NCBI GenBank assembly: GCA_963702475.1
Contig: CAVPCT010000003.1
Coordinates: 32,001 to 96,000 of the forward strand
DNA from: an uncultured Thermoleophilia bacterium
GTDB lineage: Bacteria; Actinomycetota; Thermoleophilia; UBA2241
DNA length: 64,000 nucleotides
Direction: 5' to 3'
Position 1 is the stretch's first letter. Each line of letters opens with the position of its first letter. A model generated the notes under the pieces. The model saw nothing but the letters and a program-made list of their open reading frames with translations. It was not told the origin of the DNA and did no database searches. The translations under genes were made by a program, and so were the position numbers. This document shows positions 20,055 to 29,579 of the stretch, piece by piece.

Positions 20055-20099
20055 GGACGGGCGGGGGCGGCTCGAAAGGCGGGCCGCCCCCGCCCGTCC
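20055..20099 (+). terminator. GC-rich hairpin terminator
   Basis: GGACGGGCGGGGGCGGC...GCCGCCCCCGCCCGTCC inverted repeat. Confidence 0.6.
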
Positions 20100-20198
20100 T
20101 GCGTACGCCGCCCCGTCCACGGTCCTTCGGGAAGACAGGGCGGACCTCCGGCGTCTTGCTGGGTGGACGAAATCCACGCAGCGATCGGAGGAGACACC

Positions 20199-20618
20199 AT
20201 GAGACTCCGTGGACATACAGGCAGGGCACCGGCCATCGCGCTCGGGCTGATCGTCGCCATCGCGCTCATCGGCTGTGGAGGCGCCGCCTCCGGCAACGGC
20301 GATGGTGCCGCGAGCACGCCGACCTCGGCGGGCGCTCGGGGAGCCACCGTCACGATCAAGGACTACGCCTTCGATTCCCCGACCCTGACGGTCAAGGCCG
20401 GGACCACGGTGACCTGGACCAACCGCGACGCCGTCATGCACACCGTCACAGCCGCCGACTCGCTGAGCACGGATGCCGCACCGACCGGGCTCTTCGACGC
20501 CCAGCTCGGGCAGGGACAGAGCTTCAGCTTCACCTTCGCCGAGCCGGGCACGTACTACTATCTGTGCACACCTCACAGGTCCATGGCGACCATGCACGCG
20601 ACGATCATCGTGCAGTAA
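20199..20618 (+). CDS. Cupredoxin (plastocyanin/amicyanin-like) lipoprotein
   Basis: GGAGGAG RBS; LIGC lipobox; VTWTN...HTVT...YLCTPHRSMATM type-1 Cu ligands (H, C, H, M). Confidence 0.85.
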   Translation: MRLRGHTGRAPAIALGLIVAIALIGCGGAASGNGDGAASTPTSAGARGATVTIKDYAFDSPTLTVKAGTTVTWTNRDAVMHTVTAADSLSTDAAPTGLFDAQLGQGQSFSFTFAEPGTYYYLCTPHRSMATMHATIIVQ

Positions 20619-20636
20619 CGAGGGCGAGACGGAGTC

Positions 20637-21416
20637 ATGGCGAGCATCATCGATACGCTGGACGAGCGGCAGATGACCGACCTCATGGCGTACGCCGAGG
20701 GCACACTGCCGGAGGGAAGGCGCGCCGAGGTGGAGGCCTGGGTCGCAGGCTCCCTCGAGCTCCAGGAGCTGGTGAGGCGGCAGCGGCGGTCGCTGGCCGC
20801 CACGCGGGGGCTCGCGGGCGAGGCCGCGCCGACGTCGCTGTACGCGGCCGTCGAAGGCGGATCTGCCGGCGCGGCGAGGCCGCGCCGGCGGCGGCTGACA
20901 CTCGCGCTCTCCGCCGCCGGCGTGCTTGCCGTCGTCCTCATCGCGGCGGTGCTCCTCACCGTGGGGACCGCGCCGGGCGGGCCGACCGTGGCCGACGCGG
21001 CCCAGCTGGCGACTCAGCCGGCCACGGCGGCCGCGCCGCCGTCGGTGCCGGGCAGCGATCGGCTGAACGTCTCGGTCGGGGGTCTGGCGTTCCCCGACCT
21101 CTCGGAGCGATACGGCTGGCGCGCCGTCGGCACCCGGCGGGACACGATCGCCGGGCGTGAAGCCGCGGTCGTCTACTACGCCGGCGGCGCGGAGCAGGTG
21201 GGGTACGCGATCGTCGACAGCCCCGTCCTTGCGCGCCCCGACGGCGCCGTCGCGACGGTGCGTGACGGAGTGGAGTACCTGTCGCTGGTCGCGGCCGGGT
21301 ATCCGGTGGTCGCCTGGCGGCGCGACGGGCACACGTGCGTGCTGGTCGGCGACGTCGCGCCCGAGCGGCTCCTCATGCTGGCGCGGTGGAGCAACGGCGC
21401 CGGCGCGAGCTACTGA
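20637..21416 (+). CDS. Putative membrane anti-sigma factor
   Basis: N-terminal LMAYAEGTLPEGRRAEVEAWV anti-sigma-like helix (no HxxxCxxC), one TM, extracytoplasmic domain ending AWRRDGHTCVLVG; adjacent to an ECF sigma. Confidence 0.65.
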   Translation: MASIIDTLDERQMTDLMAYAEGTLPEGRRAEVEAWVAGSLELQELVRRQRRSLAATRGLAGEAAPTSLYAAVEGGSAGAARPRRRRLTLALSAAGVLAVVLIAAVLLTVGTAPGGPTVADAAQLATQPATAAAPPSVPGSDRLNVSVGGLAFPDLSERYGWRAVGTRRDTIAGREAAVVYYAGGAEQVGYAIVDSPVLARPDGAVATVRDGVEYLSLVAAGYPVVAWRRDGHTCVLVGDVAPERLLMLARWSNGAGASY

Positions 21417-21420
21417 CCGG

Positions 21421-21936
21421 TCAAGCCCGTCTTGCGGTCTCGGGTGCGCTGAGGCGCAGCGCCAGTCTGTCGCGCGCCCGAAAGAGCCTGCTCGTCAGCG
21501 TGCCCTCGGGCACACCGAGCAGGCGGGCGGCCTCCTTGTACGAGAGCCCGGCGACGTCCACGGCGACGACGGCGTCTCGGTAGTCGGCGGGCAGCTCGGC
21601 GATGGCCGTGTGGACCTCCGCGCCGGCGACGATCTCGGCCGGGTCGGCGATCTCCGGCCGGCCGGCGTCGACATCCTCGAGCAGATCCACGGTGGCCGGT
21701 CGCCTCGCCGCGGTCCGCCGCCTGTCGGCAAGGGTGTTGCGCAGCGCCCGCAACAGGTAACCGAGGTCGTCGCGGACCAGACGGGGACGCGCCAGCACGC
21801 GCACCAGGGTGTCCTGGACGAGGTCTTCCGCCTCGTCGCGGGAACCCGTCCACGCGCGCGCCGCGCGGAACAGCGCTGGGAGGTGGTCCTTCACGTGGTC
21901 GCGGTCGAGCCGGTGTGGACTGGTCATCTGCGTCAT
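21421..21936 (-). CDS. ECF RNA polymerase sigma factor
   Basis: EAEDLVQDTLVR sigma2; GLSYKEAARLLGVPEGTLTSRLFRAR sigma4. Confidence 0.9.
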   Translation of the reverse strand: MTQMTSPHRLDRDHVKDHLPALFRAARAWTGSRDEAEDLVQDTLVRVLARPRLVRDDLGYLLRALRNTLADRRRTAARRPATVDLLEDVDAGRPEIADPAEIVAGAEVHTAIAELPADYRDAVVAVDVAGLSYKEAARLLGVPEGTLTSRLFRARDRLALRLSAPETARRA

Positions 21937-22081
21937 CTCTGCCGGTGGTCACAGGCTGGACTTCCACCGGCGACGGGCGCGGAAACGCGCGAGGCTGTGC
22001 GGCGACGTTGGGACCGGCCGCGGCAGCCTGCCGGGCCGCGAGGTCGCAGGAGCCTGCCGGCCGCTGCGGTATGCTGTCGCC

Positions 22082-23084
22082 GTGGTTCGGACTCTCGGAG
22101 AGGTCGCCGCCAGCGGGCGCTTTCAGACGCTCCGCACCGCGGCGTTTGGACTGTTCGCCGCCGGCGACCACGCCGGCGCTCTGCCGTATGCCCTTGCGGC
22201 CGCCGAGCTGTTCCCCGGCAAGGGAGAGGTACCCTTCTGGCTCGCCTGCATCCACAGCAGGCTGGGCGAGCCGGAGGTCGCCGTGGCGGTGCTGCGCGCC
22301 GGTCTCGGCCGCGGCCTGTACTGGCCGCAGGACTGGCTCCTCGACGACGACGACCTCGAGCCGCTTCGCGGCCGCGCCGACTTCGCGGCGGTGGTGCGGG
22401 ATGCGGCGACAGGTCGAGGCGCGGGCGCCGCGAGGCGGACCGCTCGCGCCGGTCGTGCTCCCCGCGTCCTTCGCCGGCGACGAGCGTCGCCCGCCGCGCG
22501 CCGTGGTCCTGGTGCTGCACGGCTGGGGCCAGGACGCGGACGAGTTCGCGCTGCACTGGGCAGCGGCGGCCGCCGCCGGCTTCGCGGTCGTGGCGCTCCG
22601 CTCGAGCCAAGAGCCCTGCCCGGGGTTCTGCGTGTGGGACGACCGCGGGCGGGCGCTGGACGACGTGACGGCTCAGTTGGCCGCCGCCCGCCCGACCTTG
22701 GGCGGCGGGACCGCCGGCGACGGGGCGTCTGCGCCGCCGCTCGTGATGGCCGGCTTCTCGCAGGGTGGCGGGGTCGCCGTCGATCTGGCGATCGACGGCC
22801 TGCCTGCCCCGCCCCAAGGCGTCCTGGCGCTCGCCGCAGGTCTCGACGATCTCGCGGAGCCGCCTGTGGCGGCTCGGCTCAGTGCGGCGGGCGCTCGCGG
22901 TCTCCGGGCCCGCCTGCTCGCGGGCGAGGGCGACGATGCGCTCGACGACGTCCGGCGGCTCGCGCGTGTGCTGGAGCAGGCTGGGACCGGCGGCGTTCTC
23001 ACGGTGCTGCCGGACCTCGGGCACGAGATGCCGGAACCGCCGGGCGGACTGCTGGCTCGGGAGCTCGGCGGATTGCTGGGGTGA
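22082..23084 (+). pseudogene. TPR-like N-terminus + alpha/beta-hydrolase (carboxylesterase), frameshift near 22400
   Basis: Frame of ORF 21809 gives FWLACIHSRLGEPE...DDDLEPLRGRADF (TPR-like). Frame of ORF 21915 continues with VLHGWG, GFSQGG, LGHEMP. Junction at gtgcgggatgcgg. Confidence 0.65.
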
Positions 23085-23146
23085 GGAGTCAGAGGCCGTG
23101 ACCCCGGCCGCGGCGGCCTCCCGCCAGCACGGCGCCGAGCCCGTCG

Positions 23147-23479
23147 TCAGGCGACCGCCCCGCTGGAGCCCACCCGCCGCGATGGACGGCACAGCGGGCA
23201 GGCGCAGTGCTCACTGTGATGCCAACCGTACTCGATCCCGACGCCGCTCTCGAGGATGGAGTGCGGCAGGGCGCGCAGCGACCCCTTGCCCTTCTTCGCG
23301 TCGGACAGGTCGTAGAGCTCGCCGTCCAGGTAGACAAGCTGTTCGCCGTGATCGAAGAAGTACGCGGGGAGGCCCGCCTCGAGGACCTCTTCGAGGAGCA
23401 GCCGCCTGGGGGAGCAATGGGACACGCCGAACCTATCCGGCCGGCACGGCAGTACGTCCCTCAGCTCGGTGATGGTCAT
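23147..23479 (-). CDS. 110-aa hypothetical protein with C-terminal His/Cys cluster
   Basis: GAGGGG RBS, ATG at 23479; GWHHSEHCACPLC motif. Confidence 0.55.
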   Translation of the reverse strand: MTITELRDVLPCRPDRFGVSHCSPRRLLLEEVLEAGLPAYFFDHGEQLVYLDGELYDLSDAKKGKGSLRALPHSILESGVGIEYGWHHSEHCACPLCRPSRRVGSSGAVA

Positions 23480-23502
23480 CTCTGTCCCCTCGCCATCTCG
23501 CT

Positions 23503-24228
23503 GTGATCTCCGCATCTGCCTCTAGTGTCGACGACGCTGCGAGAACCTCACCGGAACATCCGTCTATGCGGGCGGGAGCGGGCGTGCGGGTGCAGTCTGG
23601 CGCGCAGCTGCTATTCTGGTTGACCGCACACTTAACGCCGACGGCCCGGAGACCCCCACTGAACGATCCCGTTGCCACGCGTCCCCGGTGGGACAAGCTG
23701 ACGCCGCGCCTCGGCCCGCGCGTGCAGCTGTACGCGGCGGCTGTCGTCTGGCTGGTGGGCACGGGCTTCCTGCTCGTGCGTGGGGTCCTCTTCGTCGAGG
23801 TGCCCGGCCCGGGGGTGCACATCAGTAACTGGATCCTGCCGGTGGCGCTCGTCGCGGTCGTCCTGGGCGTGCTCAAGGCGCGGTTCGTGCTCATCCGCTA
23901 CGCGAACAGGGCCGTCCGCCGTGTCGAGGCCCGAGGGCATGCCTGCTTCTTCGGTTTCTTCTCGGTGAAGTCATGGCTGTTCGTGCTCGTGATGATGGGT
24001 GGAGGCATCCTGCTGCGCCACTCGCCGCTCATCGACTCGTGGTGGGGACGGGTCACGCTGTCCATCATCTACATCGCCGTCGGCACGTCGCTGGCCATCG
24101 CGGACCGCATCTTCTGGCTTGGGGCGATCCGGTACGGCCGCAGGGCCGTCGCGGAGGAGCGCGAGCCCGTCGTCGACGTCTGTGAGGAGGCCGCGCCCGA
24201 GCCGCGTCCCGTCGGCCGGCTCGGCTGA
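23503..24228 (+). CDS. Hypothetical 4-TM membrane protein (true start probably around 23660)
   Basis: AAVVWLVGTGFLL, CFFGFFSVKSWLFVLVMMGGGILLRHS, IYIAVGTSL hydrophobic pattern. Confidence 0.65.
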   Translation: MISASASSVDDAARTSPEHPSMRAGAGVRVQSGAQLLFWLTAHLTPTARRPPLNDPVATRPRWDKLTPRLGPRVQLYAAAVVWLVGTGFLLVRGVLFVEVPGPGVHISNWILPVALVAVVLGVLKARFVLIRYANRAVRRVEARGHACFFGFFSVKSWLFVLVMMGGGILLRHSPLIDSWWGRVTLSIIYIAVGTSLAIADRIFWLGAIRYGRRAVAEEREPVVDVCEEAAPEPRPVGRLG

Positions 24229-24422
24229 CGCCGGGCTCGGCGCGACCGGCGTTTCAGGGCTGGCGCGGTCCGTGCGTGGGTGCGCAGGGCCACGCTCGCT
24301 GCGGAGCGGCCGGCGGGTGTGCACGCCATCGGCGTCCCGGTGGCTGGTTTGAGGGCAGGGACCGGGAGTCAGAATCAGGCCAAGCCCCCAGGTCGGGGGA
24401 CACGCACCGTGAGGAGGGCGAC

Positions 24423-24803
24423 ATGCCATCCGCACTGAACTGGTTCCAGATCCCCGCCGCCGACGGCACCCGCGCCAGGGCGTTCTACGAGACCGTCTGC
24501 GGCGTCGAGCTGACGGAGTTGCCGGGAGGCCCGGACATGCAGATGTGGGCGTTTCCCACCGACTGGCGGCAAGGCGAGATCGGCGGGGCGATCGTGTGCG
24601 GCGAGGGAGCTGTGCCCAGCGCCACGGGGACGATGGTGTTCCTGAACGGCGACCCGGACCTGCAGGCCGTGCTGGACAGGGTCGAGCCCGCCGGCGGCAG
24701 GATCCTGATGTCCAAGACCCTGATCGACATGGAGGACGCGGGCTACTTCGCGATCATCGCCGACACCGAGGGCAACACGGTAGGGCTGCACTCGCGCGGG
24801 TGA
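24423..24803 (+). CDS. VOC/glyoxalase family protein
   Basis: NWFQIPAAD...ARAFYE, GGAIV, DTEGNTVGLHS; GAGGAGG RBS. Confidence 0.88.
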   Translation: MPSALNWFQIPAADGTRARAFYETVCGVELTELPGGPDMQMWAFPTDWRQGEIGGAIVCGEGAVPSATGTMVFLNGDPDLQAVLDRVEPAGGRILMSKTLIDMEDAGYFAIIADTEGNTVGLHSRG

Positions 24804-24943
24804 CCGACTCGCATGGCGCGGCGGACGGGTGCCGATCGGACCGCCGCGCGGAAGTGCCGGCGCCCGCCGGGCAGGGCACAGCCCGCCGGCGGGCGCGGCG
24901 CGGACGGGGCCGCGCGTTCGGCGCCGGCGCGGTCCCTCGCCGG

Positions 24944-25459
24944 TCAGCCGAGCCAGACCAGCCGCGCCTCGGGCTCGCCGCCGCGGATGTCGACCCAGGC
25001 CATGCTGGGGCGAGGGTCCCACGGCAGCGGCGCGCTCGCCGTGCCCGGGTTCAGCCAGAGCACGGGGAGGCCGCCGGGGCGCGCGTCTCCGCGGTAGCGG
25101 ATCTCCGCGCGGTGGCTGTGTCCGTAGATCAACAGCCTGATCTCTTCACGCGCCGGCGCGGGGTGGGCCTCTCTGAGGTCGCGGCGCTTGTGCGCCACGA
25201 CGAAGCGCACGCCGGCGAGCTCGCCGGCGGCCTCCAAGGGCAGCTCCGCGACCTCGCCGGTACGGTCGCGGTTGCCGCGCACGGCGAGCACCGGCGCCAC
25301 GCCGCCGAGCGCGGCCAGCACCTCCATGGAGCCGACGTCGCCGGCGTGCACGATGAGGTCCGCGCCGGCGCAGGCGTTCAGCACGGCGGCCGGCAGCTTG
25401 CCGTGCGTGTCGGAGACGACGGCGATGCGGGCGTCGGGTGGGCGGGCCGCCGGCGTCAT
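24944..25459 (-). CDS. YfcE-like metallophosphoesterase
   Basis: SDTHG, HAGDVG, VRGNRD, GHSH, LNPG motifs. Confidence 0.88.
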   Translation of the reverse strand: MTPAARPPDARIAVVSDTHGKLPAAVLNACAGADLIVHAGDVGSMEVLAALGGVAPVLAVRGNRDRTGEVAELPLEAAGELAGVRFVVAHKRRDLREAHPAPAREEIRLLIYGHSHRAEIRYRGDARPGGLPVLWLNPGTASAPLPWDPRPSMAWVDIRGGEPEARLVWLG

Positions 25460-26028
25460 TCCCCGGTCCTCGCCGGCACGGCGACAACGCGCGGCGCGTG
25501 GCCGGTGACGGCGAAGAGCCGTTCGAGGCCCTCGCGCCCGATGACCAGGGTGCTCGTGTTGACGAGCGGGTGACACTGCAGGGCGTCCTCTCGCCACAGG
25601 TCCTGGTCCACAACGACCTCCACGGCCCCCTCCGCGTCGTTCACGACTCCCAGCAGGGTGACTGACCCGGCCTCGAGCCCGAGGTACCTCTCGAGACGAG
25701 CGCCGGAGGCGAAGCGCAGGCCGCCGGCGCCGAGCAGCGCGCCCAGCGCCTTGAGGTCCACGCGGGTCTCGGGGCGAACGCTCACGAGGAAGTGCCGGCG
25801 CCCCTTGGCGTCGCGCACGAAGAGGTTCTTGGTCTCGGCGCCGGGCAGGTGGGGCGACTCCCGGCGCGCCTCCTCGCACGTGTAGACGGGCGGGTGGTCG
25901 GCGCGCACGTACCCGATGCCGTGGGCGTCGAGGAGCGCCAGCAGGCGGTCGCGCGCCTGTGCGGGTGATCCTCCAGGCGATCCGTCGGGACCTGGGTCCG
26001 GCGCTCGCTCGTTCGCGTCCGTCTCCAC
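25456..26028 (-). CDS. YbaK/ProX (PrdX) aminoacyl-tRNA deacylase
   Basis: HPPVYTCEE, KNLFVRD, LGLEAGSVT, HPLVNTST; start approximate. Confidence 0.88.
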   Translation of the reverse strand: METDANERAPDPGPDGSPGGSPAQARDRLLALLDAHGIGYVRADHPPVYTCEEARRESPHLPGAETKNLFVRDAKGRRHFLVSVRPETRVDLKALGALLGAGGLRFASGARLERYLGLEAGSVTLLGVVNDAEGAVEVVVDQDLWREDALQCHPLVNTSTLVIGREGLERLFAVTGHAPRVVAVPARTGE

Positions 26029-26292
26029 GGCTCCAGATTCTATCCGGCGGTGCCGCGCGAACGCTCGGCCCCACACGGCGGACCGCGGACTTGGTGCCTG
26101 TCCGGGCCCGTGCGGCTTCGCCGGGCAGCGCGGGCATGTCGAGGGCGATCGCCTCGAGGAACCGCGACTCATGTCGGGAGTCGGGCGAGGCGTTGCCGGC
26201 CGGTGCGTGCCGTCGGCTCACTGGTGCCGTCCGGCCGTGCGTGGTAGAAACCGCGCGAAGATCCTGGGGCACGAGCACAGCCGGAGGGAGCC

Positions 26293-26967
26293 ATGCGCAC
26301 GCCCGTTCGTCGTACGTCCGCGCTCGCCGCGGCAGTGGTCGTCGTCGCCCTGGTCGGTCTCGGGGCGGGCGCCTGTGGCGGCTCCGCCGAGGGTGTCAGC
26401 GCCACCTCTGCCGCGACCGCCTCGCCGGGTGGCCCGTCGCCGATACCGTCGGGCCTCACCGAGACGTACGCCAGCGAGACCTACGGCTTCGGCTTTCAGT
26501 ACCCGTCCGGCTTCACGGTGACCGTCCAGCCCGAGTTCGTGCAGAGCGACATCGCCGTGTTCAGCCTCGCGCTGCTGCCCACGAGCGAGACCACGGACGC
26601 GTTCGGCTTCGACGGCGGCAACAGCGTGCGATTGGTCGTGCTCGTGAGCGAGAAGACCCCGAGCTGGCAGGACGTCGACAGCGACCGCGTCGCCCAGGCG
26701 ATGACCGCCGGAATGCAGGACTACCTCGCGTCGCTGGACGGGCTGGACTCCACCGGGGCGGAGCCGACCGACATCGACGGCTTCGCCGGCGCCCAGGCGG
26801 CGTATTCCTACGACACCGAGTCCGGCCGCGAGGACACGTGGACTCTCACACTGGTGGAGCCAGACGGCGACTACCGGCTGGAGGTCCAGGCCACGTCGCC
26901 GGCAGACGTGGCCGATCTGCTCGAGCCGGTCTGGACGGAGGTCATCAACTCGTTCACGACGCTGTGA
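26293..26967 (+). CDS. Lipoprotein, possibly PsbP-like fold
   Basis: AGAC lipobox; YGFGFQYPSGF N-terminal strand and EVINSFTTL end. Confidence 0.6.
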   Translation: MRTPVRRTSALAAAVVVVALVGLGAGACGGSAEGVSATSAATASPGGPSPIPSGLTETYASETYGFGFQYPSGFTVTVQPEFVQSDIAVFSLALLPTSETTDAFGFDGGNSVRLVVLVSEKTPSWQDVDSDRVAQAMTAGMQDYLASLDGLDSTGAEPTDIDGFAGAQAAYSYDTESGREDTWTLTLVEPDGDYRLEVQATSPADVADLLEPVWTEVINSFTTL

Positions 26968-27006
26968 GGCGGGCCGGGCGGGCGATGCGCCCGCCCGGCC
27001 CGCCTC
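26966..27006 (+). terminator. Perfect 19-bp hairpin terminator
   Basis: GAGGCGGGCCGGGCGGGCG-ATG-CGCCCGCCCGGCCCGCCTC immediately after the stop codon. Confidence 0.7.
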
Positions 27007-27176
27007 CTTCCCGCAGCGGCGCGGCGAGGCGCCGGGTTGCATCGCCTCCGAAGTCCGTCATCCTGAAAGGGCCTACTGCTCAAGCAGGGCGGCCGGAGAC
27101 ACGAGGTCGCTCGCCGGACCGAGGGAGCGGGCCGCCGCCGTAGAACCAGAAGCGGCAGGTCCCCCACCGGAGTCAC

Positions 27177-29579
27177 ATGACGAGAACCTTCAGCTGTGTC
27201 GTGCTCGCCCTCGCGGCGCTCGCGGCCGCCGTCCTGGCGGCGCCGGCGGCGCGCGCCGGGGACGCGGAGCGCACGCCGCCCGTGGCGATCCACACCGTGT
27301 CACTCGGCGACGGGCTGCGCTTGGGCCCGGCGGCCGGCGGGCGTGCCGCCGCCGCGGCCGAGCCTCTCGCGACCGTCGACACCGGCGCCCGCTTCACGAT
27401 GCTCGGCGTCAGGTGCGCCGTCCCGTCCGCCCCCGGCTCCGTGACCGTGCAGCTGCGCACCAGTCTCGACGGCCGGACCTGGGGCGAGTGGCTGAGCGCC
27501 TCGCTCGAGGTCGTGCAGGAGGGGGGCGAGGCGCCGCGAGCCTTCACGGAGGCCATGTGGACCGGCGCGGCGCGCCACGTGCAGGTGCGCGCGGCGGGGG
27601 CCGCAGGCGCGCCCGCCGCGCTCAAGAACGTCAGGCTCGTCACACTCGATCCGGCGCTCGACGCGTCGGTGCTGCCCACGGTCGGTGCGGCCCTTACAGA
27701 GCGGTCCCTCGCGCCGTCCGCCGGCGTCCGTGCGGCAGCGCGCATCACCGGCTCCCGCCCGGCGATCGTCACGCGCAAGCAGTGGGGCGCCGACGAGTCG
27801 TGGCGGGGCTCCAAGCCGGAGTACGCCAAGGTCAAGATGGTCTTCGTGCACCACACCGACAGCCGCAACGAGTACGCGCAGAACGAGGCTTCGGCCATCA
27901 TGCGCGCCATCTATGCCTACCACACGAAGTCGCTCGGCTGGAGCGACATCGGCTACAACTTCCTCGTCGACCGCTTCGGCACCATCTACGAGGGTCACTA
28001 CGGCGGCATGACGCGCGGCGTCGTGGGCGCCCAGGTGCTGGGCTTCAACACCGGCAGCGTCGGCATCTCGGTCATCGGCGACTTCGCCGGCGACGCGATC
28101 CCCGCGGAGGCGCTCGCCTCCCTCGAGAAGCTCATCGCGTGGAAGCTGAAGCTCCACCACCTCAAGCCTGGCCGCACCGCCCGCATCCGTTGCAGCTACG
28201 GGCAGAAGTTCCGCACCGGGCAGATGGTCACGTTCCCCGTGGTCGCGGGCCACCGCGACGCGAACTTCACGGAGTGCCCGGGCAACGTCTTCTATCCGCT
28301 GCTGCCGACTGTGCGTCTGGAGGCGGCCGGCAGGCCGCAGCCGCCGATCGTGACGCTGGCGAGGGGCGCGCCGTCGCACTTCAGCCCCAACGACGACGGC
28401 GCCCAGGACGCAGCCGGCCTCAGCTTCTGGCTGACCAAGCCCGCGAACTGGAGCATCGAGCTGCGTGATGCCAAGGGCGAGCGCGTCGGCAGCTTCAGCG
28501 GAGAGGGCGCCTCCGGGCAGGTCACCTGGCCGGGCCTGGACGATCAGGGCAGGCCCCGGCCTGACGGCACCTACAGTGCGGTCGTCACGGCGACCAACGA
28601 TCTCGGGAACGCCGCGGCGACGACCGTCAAGCTCGTGCTCGACACCGTGGCGCCGCAGCTGGAGTCCGCCGGCGCGGAGTACGACTGGTTCAGCCCGAAC
28701 GGCGACGGCTGGGCCGAGACTGCCAAGGTCACGTACAGGGCCGCCGAGCGGGCCGCGACGCGCGTGTCCATCGTGGACGGCGCCGGCAAGGTGGAGCGCC
28801 GGCTCACCGAATGGCGCGACGCCAGCGCCGCTGAACAGTCGGCCACCTGGAATGGCCAGGTCACGGCCGGCGACGCGCAGACGCCGGCGCCGGACGGCGA
28901 GTACGCCTTCCTGGTCGAGTGCCGCGACGCCGCCGGCAACGTCTCGAGGAAGAAGGCGCCTGTCTTGGTGGACCGCACCGTGGGCCATCTGACGGCCGCG
29001 CCCGACACCGTCTCCCCCAACGGGGACGGCGTGAACGACTCCGCGACGCTCGCCTTCACGCTGACCCGCCCGGCGACCGTCAAGGTCACCGTCAAGGTGG
29101 CCGGCAAGGGCGTGCGTAGCTACGTGCTCGGGCAGCTTCCCGCCGCCGCCGGCTCCGTCGTCTGGGACGGTCTCACCGCGGACGGCGCTCCCGTGGCGAG
29201 CGGGCGCCTGACCTTCACCGTCTCGGCTACGTCGGCACTGGGCGGGAGCTCGGCGTCGGGCAAGCTCGCAGCCGACCTCGAGCGGCCGGTCCTCACGCCG
29301 GGCGCGGCCGCCCAGACCGTCAAGCTCGGCAAGAGCGCCAAGCTCACATGCACGGCGCAGGACGCCTTCAGCGAGGAGGTCCAGCTCGGGTACGTGGTCA
29401 CCGACGCGGCCGGCCTGGTGGTCGCCTCCGGCACGAAGGGCTGGGTCGCGGTGGGGACGGCGGCCACGGTGACGTGGAAGCCGCCGCTCGCCGGCCTCTA
29501 CAGCGTCACGTGGACAGGCGCCGATCGCGGCGGGAACCGGGAGCTGGCGCCCGCCGCCACGCTGCTCACGGTGCAGTAG
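27177..29579 (+). CDS. Secreted N-acetylmuramoyl-L-alanine amidase (PGRP/Amidase_2) with C-terminal FlgD/Ig-like repeats
   Basis: Signal peptide; WGADES, VHHTD, GWSDIGYNFLVD, GHRDANFTECPG Zn ligands; three SPN(D/G)DG Ig-like repeats. Confidence 0.88.
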   Translation: MTRTFSCVVLALAALAAAVLAAPAARAGDAERTPPVAIHTVSLGDGLRLGPAAGGRAAAAAEPLATVDTGARFTMLGVRCAVPSAPGSVTVQLRTSLDGRTWGEWLSASLEVVQEGGEAPRAFTEAMWTGAARHVQVRAAGAAGAPAALKNVRLVTLDPALDASVLPTVGAALTERSLAPSAGVRAAARITGSRPAIVTRKQWGADESWRGSKPEYAKVKMVFVHHTDSRNEYAQNEASAIMRAIYAYHTKSLGWSDIGYNFLVDRFGTIYEGHYGGMTRGVVGAQVLGFNTGSVGISVIGDFAGDAIPAEALASLEKLIAWKLKLHHLKPGRTARIRCSYGQKFRTGQMVTFPVVAGHRDANFTECPGNVFYPLLPTVRLEAAGRPQPPIVTLARGAPSHFSPNDDGAQDAAGLSFWLTKPANWSIELRDAKGERVGSFSGEGASGQVTWPGLDDQGRPRPDGTYSAVVTATNDLGNAAATTVKLVLDTVAPQLESAGAEYDWFSPNGDGWAETAKVTYRAAERAATRVSIVDGAGKVERRLTEWRDASAAEQSATWNGQVTAGDAQTPAPDGEYAFLVECRDAAGNVSRKKAPVLVDRTVGHLTAAPDTVSPNGDGVNDSATLAFTLTRPATVKVTVKVAGKGVRSYVLGQLPAAAGSVVWDGLTADGAPVASGRLTFTVSATSALGGSSASGKLAADLERPVLTPGAAAQTVKLGKSAKLTCTAQDAFSEEVQLGYVVTDAAGLVVASGTKGWVAVGTAATVTWKPPLAGLYSVTWTGADRGGNRELAPAATLLTVQ

